Positions 27,969-40,332 of a stretch of 64,000 nucleotides of DNA are shown piece after piece (position 1 is the stretch's first letter; each line of letters starts with the position of its first letter). A program made the translations under genes and the position numbers. The notes below the pieces were generated by a model, which saw only the letters and a program-made list of their open reading frames with translations, made no database searches and was not told where the DNA came from. The DNA is from Caldisericales bacterium (GTDB taxonomy: Bacteria; Caldisericota; Caldisericia; Caldisericales; Caldisericaceae): the NCBI GenBank assembly GCA_015489815.1, contig WFZA01000049.1, positions 59,554 through 123,553 of the forward strand. Reading direction: 5' to 3'.

Positions 27969-28166
27969 GCTATCATCTCCTTTGAAATTGATTATTATTC
28001 TCATAAATATGATACTAAAAAACTAAAAAATTGCAATACCTTTACAACGCCTTAACCTGCAAAAATACGGTGACTTCCTCAAAAATAAGTATTGTGTAAT
28101 TTTTAAATTTTGCTATAATACCGCCTTGCTAAAATAACAGTAATTTTTAAAAACTTGAGGTGTAAA

Positions 28167-29519
28167 ATGATTAAAAAATGGTTTGTTTCATACGGATTAC
28201 AAGGCATAGGGTTGAGCAGTTTAATGATAGTTATAACACTATTTGCAGCGGTTGCACTGCACGGTAATGTGCAACAAGCAACTGCAGCAGCGGCTTTATA
28301 CTCAACGGGCACACTCGTAGGCTCATTATTCGTGGGCAACCTGCTGGATAGAAAGCCGCTTTACGGGAGAGTCGTTTTCTCTGGTTTTATGGCAAGTAGT
28401 ATAATAACTGCAGTTATGCCGTTCTCTTTTAACTTAAAAGCATATATGGTATCCGCAATTCTGCTTGGCTTCTCAATATCTATGATAAATCCAGCTATTA
28501 CGCTTTACCTTTCACGCCATTTTGACGACGAAAAGTATAGGAAGTACATTAATAACTTCTATCTTGGGAATAGCATCGGCATAACGCTCGGTACATTCGC
28601 AGGAGGATATATTCTTTCTGTATTGCCAATGCTCGCAGAAGCAGATAGGATGAGAATATTGTTTCTCGTTTCGTCTCTGCTTTTTGCAATTAGTGCTGTA
28701 ATCAGCGCTGACATCCCTAAGATAAAAAGAATTAAAAGGGTACGAAAAGAAAGAAAGTTTACGGTAAGTGTTAGGCCTATTTTTGCAAGTCTAAGGCTTA
28801 TTCCCCGTACATTTCCAAAGAAAATCGATCTTTCTGCATTCAGCAAAGAGATTAAGCTCTACCTTGCTGGAGTATTTACGATATTTTTTGGTGCTAACCT
28901 ATTCTTCTCCCCGTTTCCCGTATATCTAAAAGAAGGCCTCAGCATACCTGCATCGACAATTTTCCTTATGTATGGACTGGGAAACATAGCAGCGACACTT
29001 GCTTATCTGTTCACACGGCATGCAATGGAACGCTTTAGAGACTTTTCGATTATGCGCGCCGTTTTATGGGCGCGCATCTTTAGTTTCTTTGGAATCGTCG
29101 TATTTGGTATGTTACACTCAATAGAATGGACCCTTATCACATTTGTTCTGATAAACTTTACATGGCCATTTCTTTACATTACATCCACAGTCCAGGCAAC
29201 GAAACTTGCAAAAGACGAAAACAAAGGGAGAGTACTTGGATTATTTAATGTCGTAATTAGCTTTGCAGTAATACTTGCATCATTTTTGTCAGGGATGCTG
29301 GCACTTCGCATAGGATACTATCTTACATTTTTGATAGGTGCGGTAATTTTGTTCATAGGCGAGAGAATAACATATCTCGTTGCAAAGAAAGTGCCTATTC
29401 CGAAAGAAATCGTAGAAAAACTTAACGAACGAAAAAAGAAAGAAAGTAGAATAAGGAAACTTAAAATTAGAAAATTCTCAGGCTTTTTAAAAGAAAAAAA
29501 TTCAGGGCAGTGCTTTTAA
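28167..29519 (+). CDS. MFS transporter
   Basis: 12-TM protein transcribed divergently from the Fur-family operon. The start is at the MIKKWF ATG, which has a GAGGTG RBS. Confidence 0.8.
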   Translation: MIKKWFVSYGLQGIGLSSLMIVITLFAAVALHGNVQQATAAAALYSTGTLVGSLFVGNLLDRKPLYGRVVFSGFMASSIITAVMPFSFNLKAYMVSAILLGFSISMINPAITLYLSRHFDDEKYRKYINNFYLGNSIGITLGTFAGGYILSVLPMLAEADRMRILFLVSSLLFAISAVISADIPKIKRIKRVRKERKFTVSVRPIFASLRLIPRTFPKKIDLSAFSKEIKLYLAGVFTIFFGANLFFSPFPVYLKEGLSIPASTIFLMYGLGNIAATLAYLFTRHAMERFRDFSIMRAVLWARIFSFFGIVVFGMLHSIEWTLITFVLINFTWPFLYITSTVQATKLAKDENKGRVLGLFNVVISFAVILASFLSGMLALRIGYYLTFLIGAVILFIGERITYLVAKKVPIPKEIVEKLNERKKKESRIRKLKIRKFSGFLKEKNSGQCF

Positions 29520-29537
29520 AGTACTGCCCTTTTGTAA
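29504..29537 (+). terminator. Terminator hairpin at the MFS gene end, between convergent genes
   Basis: AGGGCAGT-loop-ACTGCCCT followed by TTTGTAAT. Confidence 0.4.
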
Positions 29538-29556
29538 TCAAGTGTATCGTGTCGTT

Positions 29557-30546
29557 TTAGTCTAGACTATTTGGATCGACGCTTCTGCTCCAATCAATTT
29601 TAAACAGGTCGAGAAGTTCTGAGATAATGGTAGAGTCAGAAGTAATGTATCCCATTTCCCTGTTCATGTCCAGAGAAGCACTCGAGAAGTTATTTGAACC
29701 TATGTAAGCACGCTTTCCGTCTACGATAATCACCTTTGCGTGCACATACGGATCTGGAAGTGACTTTATGTGTTCTACCCCTAATTGATCTACCGCATAG
29801 GAATTTCCTGATACTCTGTAAAGAGGCGGAATAATAATCCTTACTTTTATTCCTTTTTTAATCTCTTTTTCAAGCAGGTCGTTTATTTCGCTGTCCTCAA
29901 CTTCTTGCTGCCAGATGTCAATACTTGTTTTTGCACTCTTTATGAGGTCTTCTATTTTTTCTCTTGAGTTTACGGGACTTACCACGAGGTTCGGATCCTT
30001 TATCTCTTTTACTGGTTGTCTGTTCCAGTCGCTATTGAATATTTTTACGAGTTCGTTTATTGCATCTTTATCTGTTACCTCTACACCAAACTCCCTATTC
30101 TTATGGAAAGTACTGTACGTGAAGTTACCAGTAAAGATGTATGCCTTTTCGCCGTCGATAATTAAGAATTTTGCATGTGTTAGGAAGTATGCAGGATTTG
30201 CCCACTTCATCTGCACACCGTAGTGGCGCAACATGTTCCTTATCGCCCAATTCTCCGTATCTCCCCCAACGGGGCTCTTTTCAAACATTACTTTTGTTTC
30301 AATTCCTCTTGCAGATGCTCTGCCAATTACCCGCGCAAGATCGTATTGTGTAAAACCGTATATCTCAAGATATACAGACTTCTTTGCATTCTGGATTGCT
30401 TTGAGCACAGGAACCATTCCAGAATAGTTCTCCACGATGAGTTCTGGAGATATGGCAGCAGGAATCGTCTTTCCCAGTATAGGCGTAAACGAAAGACTTA
30501 AAAACGCAACGCAAAGTAATATAGAAATTAAAATTTTCTTTTTCAT
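29557..30546 (-). CDS. Secreted phospholipase-D-family protein (two HKD motifs; cardiolipin-synthase-like)
   Basis: Signal peptide; HAKFLIIDGEKAYIFTGNFT and HAKVIIVDGKRAYIGSNNFS HKD motifs. Confidence 0.8.
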   Translation of the reverse strand: MKKKILISILLCVAFLSLSFTPILGKTIPAAISPELIVENYSGMVPVLKAIQNAKKSVYLEIYGFTQYDLARVIGRASARGIETKVMFEKSPVGGDTENWAIRNMLRHYGVQMKWANPAYFLTHAKFLIIDGEKAYIFTGNFTYSTFHKNREFGVEVTDKDAINELVKIFNSDWNRQPVKEIKDPNLVVSPVNSREKIEDLIKSAKTSIDIWQQEVEDSEINDLLEKEIKKGIKVRIIIPPLYRVSGNSYAVDQLGVEHIKSLPDPYVHAKVIIVDGKRAYIGSNNFSSASLDMNREMGYITSDSTIISELLDLFKIDWSRSVDPNSLD

Positions 30547-30558
30547 TTTTTATCCCTC

Positions 30559-32820
30559 CTATCCGCCGTAAATAATCGTCACGGTACGCGTCGTTCCATC
30601 CCACTCGACCTGCGCACCAAATGCTTCCATAATAAAGCGAATTGGCACATAGGTCCTGTTATGAATAATAATCGGCACAACTTTAGGATTGTTTGGATCT
30701 ATCTGTTTGGGGACGCCGTTTACATACGCCGTGTTCTTTCCAATGTATAGTTCAACTTTATCGTTGTTTAGCGTAATCGTTACTTTGCGCTGAACGGGAT
30801 CCCATTCTACATCCGCACCAACTGCTTCAGTTACAAACCTTATCGGAACAAGTGTTCTGTTATTTTCAATAATAGGAGGAACATCTGTTGGGACGAACTT
30901 TCCATTTACCGTCATTCCCTTCTGGTCAATAACCATTTTTACTACCACTTTACTGCTCTTTTTCTGGTCGTAAATGTATAATCCACCTGATTCCGTACCA
31001 ACGAAAATTGCTCCACTCTTTTTGTATACAAAGTCCGGGCTAAACACCGTTCTGAAAACATATCTATTATCTTTGTCCCCGTTAATGTTCGTCCACATAT
31101 TTCCCTCGTCGAAACTCAGGTAAACCCCATCCCAGGAACCTGCAAGAATAATGTGGTCATTTGCAAAGTTTGGGGAAAGTTTTACGCCGTCGTCCCACAT
31201 GTGGTACTTTAACAACGCATCAGATATATTGGTGAAACTATCTCCACCGTCTTTTGAGAGATATAATCCTGCACCCATCGTCCCTACGATCAGCGTCTGA
31301 TCGTTTTCAAAGTTTCTTGAAAGTGAAATATCTGCAATCGTATAGTGAGGGATTTTATTAAACCCAATGGATGTCCACATTTTGCCCTGATTTAAGGTTT
31401 CGTATACAGTGCCACCATTCGTGCCTATAAAGATTGCGTTACCCACGCCGTCAACTGCCGTAATGTCAGTATCGTACGGTAACATACCCTTGTTTCTCTG
31501 AACAAATGTACTTCCACCGTCGGTTGAAACGAACATTCCCTTATCTCCACTGCCTACATATATTACACCCTTTTCGTCCTCAAATAGTACGGAGATGTAA
31601 TTCGTGTCGATGTTTACTTTACTAAAAGTACTTCCACCATCGGTTGTTTCGTATAAACCGTCACCTTCAGTTCCTACGAAGTATGTCTTCGAATTTCCGC
31701 AAACACTCGTTACGATGTCGCCTTCGGGAAGCGCGGAAACATTTGTGAATGTCTTGCCTTTATCTGTAGACTCGTAAAGTCCATTCCACTTAGTACTTAC
31801 AAATACTGTGCCGTCGTTTGCGTAATCCGTAGAAAAGTTGATTGCCGTAATGTCAGTGCAGGTAATTCCGTAACTTGACTTCGTAAAGTTACCGTTTTCT
31901 ACTTTATACACACCTCTTCCCTGCGTACCGACAAAAATTGTGCCATTATCGACACAGATCGCAGAAAGAATAAGGTTGCCGTCCTTTGCAACGCTTTTCC
32001 AATTTTCCCCATCGTATTCCATTACACCGTTTGAAACAGTTGCCGCATACACTTTACCGTTATCCAGCACGAAGTCATTTATTTTGTAACCTTTAAGCAT
32101 GTGATCTAAATTATCTGCACTGCCCATAAACATACCATCGTAAAAAGTAGAAATATAAAAAGTGCCGTCCTGGTAAATAATTTTTGATACCGGACTTTCC
32201 GTTACACTGTCTACGATTTTTTCGGAATCTTTTCCGTCAAGGCTTACTTTATAAACAGTTCCATCCTCACAACCTACATAAACATAATCGGAAGTTGCGT
32301 AAATTGCAGTTGCCGTAGGTTTAGTAAACCTTGCAATTGTTTTCCAGAGCTGTTCCTGCTTATTCCATTTCATCAGCAGGCCGTCAAACGACAGTGCAAA
32401 AATGTCACCTTCAGAATCTTCCGCAAGGCCTATAATGTAACTTGATTCAAGGCCCATGTTAAAGAACTGGAAGTGCTGCCCTTTGTCCCTGCTTAAAAAT
32501 ACACCATCTTTCGTCCCGAGAAATAAACCATCCTTACAGTAATTTTTAGATATAAGAACTGCATTCGCACCTTCAGAAAAAGTAAATGGGAGCTTTTCCC
32601 ACTTCTTTCCAGAGTCAGTGCTTTCAAAAATCGCTGCATCAGTAGAGGCAATAAGCGCTCCACCAGACATTTTTTGAATTGAAGTTATAAAGCCACCGTT
32701 TATTGATGCAGGATTTCTCCAGTGGACTTCGTCGTCAGCCTTAGCAATGTGACCAAAAAAGAATAAAGGCATAACAACCAGTGCAAGAACAACAAATAGT
32801 ACTAAAAACTTCTTTTTCAC
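30559..32820 (-). CDS. Secreted BNR/Asp-box beta-propeller repeat protein with two C-terminal CAO-N-like anchoring domains
   Basis: Multiple S-x-D-x-G-x-T-(W/F) repeats (STDSGKKW, SRDKGQHF, STDKGKTF, TTDGGSTF, STDGGSTF, SKDGGDSF). C-terminus ...NNRTLVPIRFVTEAVGADVEWDPVQRKVTI...HNRTYVPIRFIMEAFGAQVEWDGTTRTVTI. Confidence 0.7.
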   Translation of the reverse strand: MKKKFLVLFVVLALVVMPLFFFGHIAKADDEVHWRNPASINGGFITSIQKMSGGALIASTDAAIFESTDSGKKWEKLPFTFSEGANAVLISKNYCKDGLFLGTKDGVFLSRDKGQHFQFFNMGLESSYIIGLAEDSEGDIFALSFDGLLMKWNKQEQLWKTIARFTKPTATAIYATSDYVYVGCEDGTVYKVSLDGKDSEKIVDSVTESPVSKIIYQDGTFYISTFYDGMFMGSADNLDHMLKGYKINDFVLDNGKVYAATVSNGVMEYDGENWKSVAKDGNLILSAICVDNGTIFVGTQGRGVYKVENGNFTKSSYGITCTDITAINFSTDYANDGTVFVSTKWNGLYESTDKGKTFTNVSALPEGDIVTSVCGNSKTYFVGTEGDGLYETTDGGSTFSKVNIDTNYISVLFEDEKGVIYVGSGDKGMFVSTDGGSTFVQRNKGMLPYDTDITAVDGVGNAIFIGTNGGTVYETLNQGKMWTSIGFNKIPHYTIADISLSRNFENDQTLIVGTMGAGLYLSKDGGDSFTNISDALLKYHMWDDGVKLSPNFANDHIILAGSWDGVYLSFDEGNMWTNINGDKDNRYVFRTVFSPDFVYKKSGAIFVGTESGGLYIYDQKKSSKVVVKMVIDQKGMTVNGKFVPTDVPPIIENNRTLVPIRFVTEAVGADVEWDPVQRKVTITLNNDKVELYIGKNTAYVNGVPKQIDPNNPKVVPIIIHNRTYVPIRFIMEAFGAQVEWDGTTRTVTIIYGG

Positions 32821-33650
32821 CTTATACCACCTCCTATCGTGTCAAGCTTTCCATTATATACCAATCTTGCTTTTCCCAAAAGAAAAATCTCGTTATCTCT
32901 AAATTCAACTACAAGGTCTCCTCCTTTCATTTTTACGAGTAAAGAATTTCTACCCATCAACTCTTTTGCAACAAACGCAGAGGAAACTGCCCCTGTGCCA
33001 CAGGCAAGTGTTTCTCCCCAGACTCCGCGTTCAAATGTCCGGACGCATATGTGGTCTCCACAGAGTTGTACATAGTCCACATTAATTCCGTGAGGAAATA
33101 CCTCTAAATTTTTTGCGATTTCAATGGAACGGGCAATCTGCACTTTATTAACATCGTCAACGATCGTTACTGCATGAGGCTCACCGGGAGAAACGATCGT
33201 AAAGTCCATACCTTTTAATTTCAACTTTAAAATTCTCTTTTCTGTAGGAGGATATACAAATTCACCGATAGAGTGCATGGGACCAAATTTAACTTTATAA
33301 AGTGATTCCTCCTTTGAAACAGTGTAAATACCCGCAAGTGTTTCGATTTTTACCAGATCCTTCCCTTCGTTTTTGTACAGATGTGCTGCAACACAGCGAA
33401 TTCCGTTGCCACACATCGAGGCCTCGCTTCCGTCAGGTTCACATACTCTCATCTTTACATCTGCAACTTCAGAGCTTTCCAGATATAAAAGGTCATCTGC
33501 ACCAACAGAAAACCTTCTTCTGCATACTTCCTTTGCGAAATTCAACGGATCTTCAAGTGGAAACTTCCTGCCGTCAACGACGACGAAGTCATTGCCAGCC
33601 GCTTCGTACTTGTCAAACTGTATCGTCTTCTTTTCGGACAATTCTACCAC
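32817..33650 (-). CDS. dapF: Diaminopimelate epimerase
   Basis: GNDFVVVD and CGNGIRCVA, the two catalytic-Cys motifs. Confidence 0.9.
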   Translation of the reverse strand: MVELSEKKTIQFDKYEAAGNDFVVVDGRKFPLEDPLNFAKEVCRRRFSVGADDLLYLESSEVADVKMRVCEPDGSEASMCGNGIRCVAAHLYKNEGKDLVKIETLAGIYTVSKEESLYKVKFGPMHSIGEFVYPPTEKRILKLKLKGMDFTIVSPGEPHAVTIVDDVNKVQIARSIEIAKNLEVFPHGINVDYVQLCGDHICVRTFERGVWGETLACGTGAVSSAFVAKELMGRNSLLVKMKGGDLVVEFRDNEIFLLGKARLVYNGKLDTIGGGIR

Positions 33651-34878
33651 CTACCTTCTGGAGTTTGTTTTCTATACTCTCGTAACCTCTGTCGATGTGG
33701 TAGACATTTCTGACGCGCGTTATACCTTTTGCAGTAAGTCCTGCAGTAACGAGTGCAGCACCACCTCTCAAATCAACGGCAGCCACATCTGCACCCTGTA
33801 AAGAATCCACCCCTTTTACAAATGCAACATTATTCTCTACTTTTATGTCAGCACCCATTTTTACGAGTTCGCTTGCTGCACTGAAGCGATTTTCAAAAAT
33901 CGTCTCTCTAATCACGCTGCTACCGTTTGCAGTAGTAAGCAAAGCCATCATTTGTGGCTGTGCATCAGTGGGGAAACCAGGGTACGGCATAGTTTTTATG
34001 TTAACGGCATTAAGCGGATTGGGAGCGTAAATCCTTACGGAATTATCAGACGGAAATTCTGCAAACGCACCCGCCTCCTTTAACTTCATAGTAACTGGCT
34101 CAAAGTCGTGCGGATGAACATTCTCAAGAGTAAGGTCGCCATGAGTTGCAGCTCCCATAACGAGGAATGTTGCAGCCTCAATTCTATCGGGTATTATACC
34201 AAAGTCAACAGGATGCAATTCCTTTACACCTCTTATTTTAATAATCCCGGAACCGTTCATTTTTATATCAGCCCCAGCAGCGTTTAAAAAGTCAACGAGA
34301 TTCTTAACTTCTGGTTCCTTTGCTGCATTTTCTATTACCGTTTCACCGTCACTTACTGCCGCAGCAATAATGATGTTTTCAGTTGCACCTACACTGGGAA
34401 AGTCGAGGTAAATAGAGTTACCTTTCAGTTTATTGGTTTTTCCTATAAGGTATCCGGAGTCCCAGTCAACGCTTACCCCAAGCAACTTTAACCCTTTTAA
34501 GTGGAGGTCTATAGGACGCGCTCCAATGTTGCAGCCGCCAAGAGAAGGAAGCATTGCACTCCCATTCCTCCCAAGCAATGCACCGAGTAAAGTTTGCGTT
34601 CCTCTTAAACTGTGTTTTTCGTTCTGCTTCACTTTTGAAGAAATCTCGCTTCTCGTGTCGAGCATTACTCCACTTTCAGTTCTCTCGACGCCCACGCCTA
34701 TCTCCTTGAGAACCTCGAGAAAGTGCCTGATGTCAAGTATGTCAGGCACATTTTTTATGTGCATTTTGCCTTTGATCAAAAGTGCAGCAGAAAGCACTGG
34801 GAAACTTGCATTCTTTGCACCAGAGATAGTTACTTTCCCTTTTAGGGGTACGCCTCCTTCTATTTCGAGATATTCCAT
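33613..34878 (-). CDS. murA: UDP-N-acetylglucosamine 1-carboxyvinyltransferase
   Basis: ISGAKNASFPVLSAALL... is a conserved MurA N-terminus. 421 aa. Confidence 0.9.
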   Translation of the reverse strand: MEYLEIEGGVPLKGKVTISGAKNASFPVLSAALLIKGKMHIKNVPDILDIRHFLEVLKEIGVGVERTESGVMLDTRSEISSKVKQNEKHSLRGTQTLLGALLGRNGSAMLPSLGGCNIGARPIDLHLKGLKLLGVSVDWDSGYLIGKTNKLKGNSIYLDFPSVGATENIIIAAAVSDGETVIENAAKEPEVKNLVDFLNAAGADIKMNGSGIIKIRGVKELHPVDFGIIPDRIEAATFLVMGAATHGDLTLENVHPHDFEPVTMKLKEAGAFAEFPSDNSVRIYAPNPLNAVNIKTMPYPGFPTDAQPQMMALLTTANGSSVIRETIFENRFSAASELVKMGADIKVENNVAFVKGVDSLQGADVAAVDLRGGAALVTAGLTAKGITRVRNVYHIDRGYESIENKLQKVGGRIVRKEDDTV

Positions 34879-34879
34879 G

Positions 34880-35985
34880 TCATACTCCTTTCAACAGATA
34901 TTCTTTTACAACAGATGCAATACGCTCACCTGCTTTTCCGTCTCCAAACGGATTTCTTGCCTCCGCCATTGATGCATACAATCGTTTATCGCTAAGTAAT
35001 GTCTCAGTATACTTCTCTATACGCTCCTGGTCTGTTCCAACAATTTTTACGACACCTGCTTCCACGGCCTCTGGACGCTCCGTAACATCCCTTAGAAGAA
35101 GAACAGGCTTTCCAAGAGAAGGCGCCTCCTCCTGTATGCCTCCAGAATCCGTTAATATAAACAAACTTTTTGACAGTAGATACACAAATTCGTCGTAACG
35201 CATAGGCTCCATTAAAGATACATCTGGATTATTGCCAAGCACTTTATTCACCGTTTCTCTTACGACGGGATTCTTGTGGACGGAAAAGACAAAGTGCACC
35301 TTGCCACTGTGTTTCTTACTTACATTGTTAATTGCATTACAAATTGCCTCCATTGGCTTGCCCCAATTCTCTCTTCTGTGTGCAGTAATCACGACGAACG
35401 GTTGTTTGAACGGTAACTTTATCCCCTTGCGAGCATTAATACGAACGATTTCTTTCACTGCATCAACGACGGTATTGCCCGTAATAAAAACGGAATTCTT
35501 CGAAACGCCGCTCCTCAGCAGATTCTCTCTTGCCTTTTCCGTGGGAGCAAAGTGCAAATCAGAAATTGCGTCCGTAAGAACTCTGTTTACTTCCTCAGGA
35601 TACGGCAAGTACTTATTAAAGGTTCTTAAGCCTGCTTCAACATGCCCAACTGGCACTTTTTCGTAAAAAGCAGCAAGAGCAGAGGAAAAAGTCGTCGTCG
35701 TGTCTCCGTGTACGAGCACGAGGTCGGGTCTGTCTTTTTCAAAAATCTTTTTCAACCCATTCAACACCTTCACCGTAATCTTCGTAAGTGTTTGCCTGTC
35801 TTCCATCACGCTTAAGTCGTAATCGGCCTTCATTCCGGTAAGTTCCAACACCTGTTTAAGCATTTCCTGGTGCTGGCTCGTTACGATAACTTTTGTTTCG
35901 AGTTCTTTAATGTCCTGCAGTGCCTTGTATACAGGATACATCTTAATTGCTTCTGGGCGGGTGCCAAATATGAGAAAAACTTTTT

Positions 35986-35989
<4 letters not shown>
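34880..35989 (-). CDS. wecB: UDP-N-acetylglucosamine 2-epimerase (non-hydrolysing)
   Basis: MKKVFLIFGTRPEAIKMYPV... is a canonical epimerase N-terminus. The start is placed at the MKKVF ATG (M31 of the track ORF), which has an AGGAGT RBS. Confidence 0.85.
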
Positions 35990-38851
<2,862 letters not shown>

Positions 38852-39169
38852 AATTAGGCCTCCTTCCCGACCTTTAAGTTTCCACTTTTTCCTTTATATT
38901 TATACCAATATTTAAATAAAAATCAACTACACTCGTAGAAGATCCCCGAACGAATACCTGTATTAGTTCTTCCTGAAAGAGCTTTTCTGCATACAGAACC
39001 TGCACGACTTAAATCCTATGGAATAGCCTTTTCTCAAATCTTCAAGTCTGAAATTAAATCCTTTTTAGAAAGATTAAACAAAATTGTTGAACGGCACAGT
39101 AAAAGAGCTGTCACAAAAAATTTTAATAAAAATCAATCTTGAAAGCGCCAATAATCGAAATTGAAACTC

Positions 39170-39345
39170 ATTATCACAAAATTTTGAACCTTTAAAACCC
39201 TGTATTTATCAAGGCTAATTCAAAACATGCCATTTAAATGCCCATAGACGCAAATCTTGAGAAAAATCGGGTAAATATACCTGCAAAACGCTTAAAACGC
39301 CTTATTTTAGAAGGCAATAAAGCCTGTATTTATCAGTGTTTCTTT
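39170..39345 (+). repeat. Copy A of a ~170-bp intergenic repeat element
   Basis: About 90% identical to the reverse complement of 63270..63455. It is bounded by internal direct repeats CCTGTATTTATCA (39199 and 39323) and carries a CATTTAAATG palindrome. Confidence 0.6.
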
Positions 39346-39931
39346 GATCCAGACCAAAATTAAATATGATTTTTCAGGTTATAATTCTTAGAAACCCTTT
39401 ATTCATCTGCATTTCTTAATGTCACAATTTTTCACTTTTCCGAACAAAAATTCGATATTTTTACCTTAAATTAGCCTCAATAAAGTTTAATAATAACTGC
39501 ACTAAAGTACAGCGTTTTAGTAAGTGCTTTTAGGAGGTAAAGCGGGAATCCTAATACTCATAACCACTTATTGCCGTAGCATGGCTGCTATATCTATTGC
39601 CCACATCGCAAGTTACAATTACATTCAAGTCCCAAATCACCCCTAAAAACTTTTCCTTATTTTTACTTATAGAAGTCCATGGTTTCCAGCAGAGAAAAAT
39701 GTTAAAAAGACATTTGCACAAGTACCGTAAATTGTTGTGCTTATAATTATTAAAGGAAAGCAACTCGAAAAACAGACTTTGCACTATTTCAGGAATTGAA
39801 CGAAGCATTTTTTGGAGAAGGCCATTCAATATAAATTCCTCCACGGCACAAAATAGCCTCCAGACATTTTAGAGCAAGTTTGCTGCTAATTAAGATAAGT
39901 GATAAGCAGAATACATCCGAAAATCACTGAG

Positions 39932-40026
39932 AGTTATAACTATACTGATAAAGATTTTCCTCCCATAACATAGCAACCGAAGTTATTAATACTACGAGTA
40001 TGTAGAACAAAGTTATAGTTATAACT
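39932..40026. repeat. 13-bp perfect inverted repeat (AGTTATAACTATA / TATAGTTATAACT) with a 69-nt loop, flanked by direct repeats CAGAATACATCC(R)AAA
   Basis: The inverted-repeat arms are at 39932-39944 and 40014-40026. The direct repeats are at 39907-39922 and 40095-40110. Confidence 0.4.
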
Positions 40027-40332
40027 ACAAATGTGACCGATTAACCTTTTAAAAATCTCTCTTTCTAAATTTTATTTATAAAGGTGTGGAATTTCAGAAT
40101 ACATCCAAAAGTTTTCAGGAAGTTGTAGTTCATTTAACAAGTGTCTTTCTACAGTACAACGATTGGAGTACTTGCTCGTATGTATTAACAAGGGGCGCAA
40201 AGTTGCAATATAACGGTGCGAGGAATAACTAAAGCTCAAAATTTTATCCTTTACGATCTTTAGATTCAAAAAGTATAAGACTTCTGGAATATAGCAGCCT
40301 TAAAGCAATTTTATTCAGGCTCAAAAAGTAAA

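Noticed and set aside
38852-40332. CRISPR array or RNase P, tmRNA or 6S RNA in the large noncoding region
   Set aside because: There are no regularly spaced direct repeats. Outside the SRP RNA there is no GC-rich structured island and no signature motifs (RNase P GGAAAGUCCGG / tmRNA GGGGCUGA...CCACCA context). Only irregular repeats are present.
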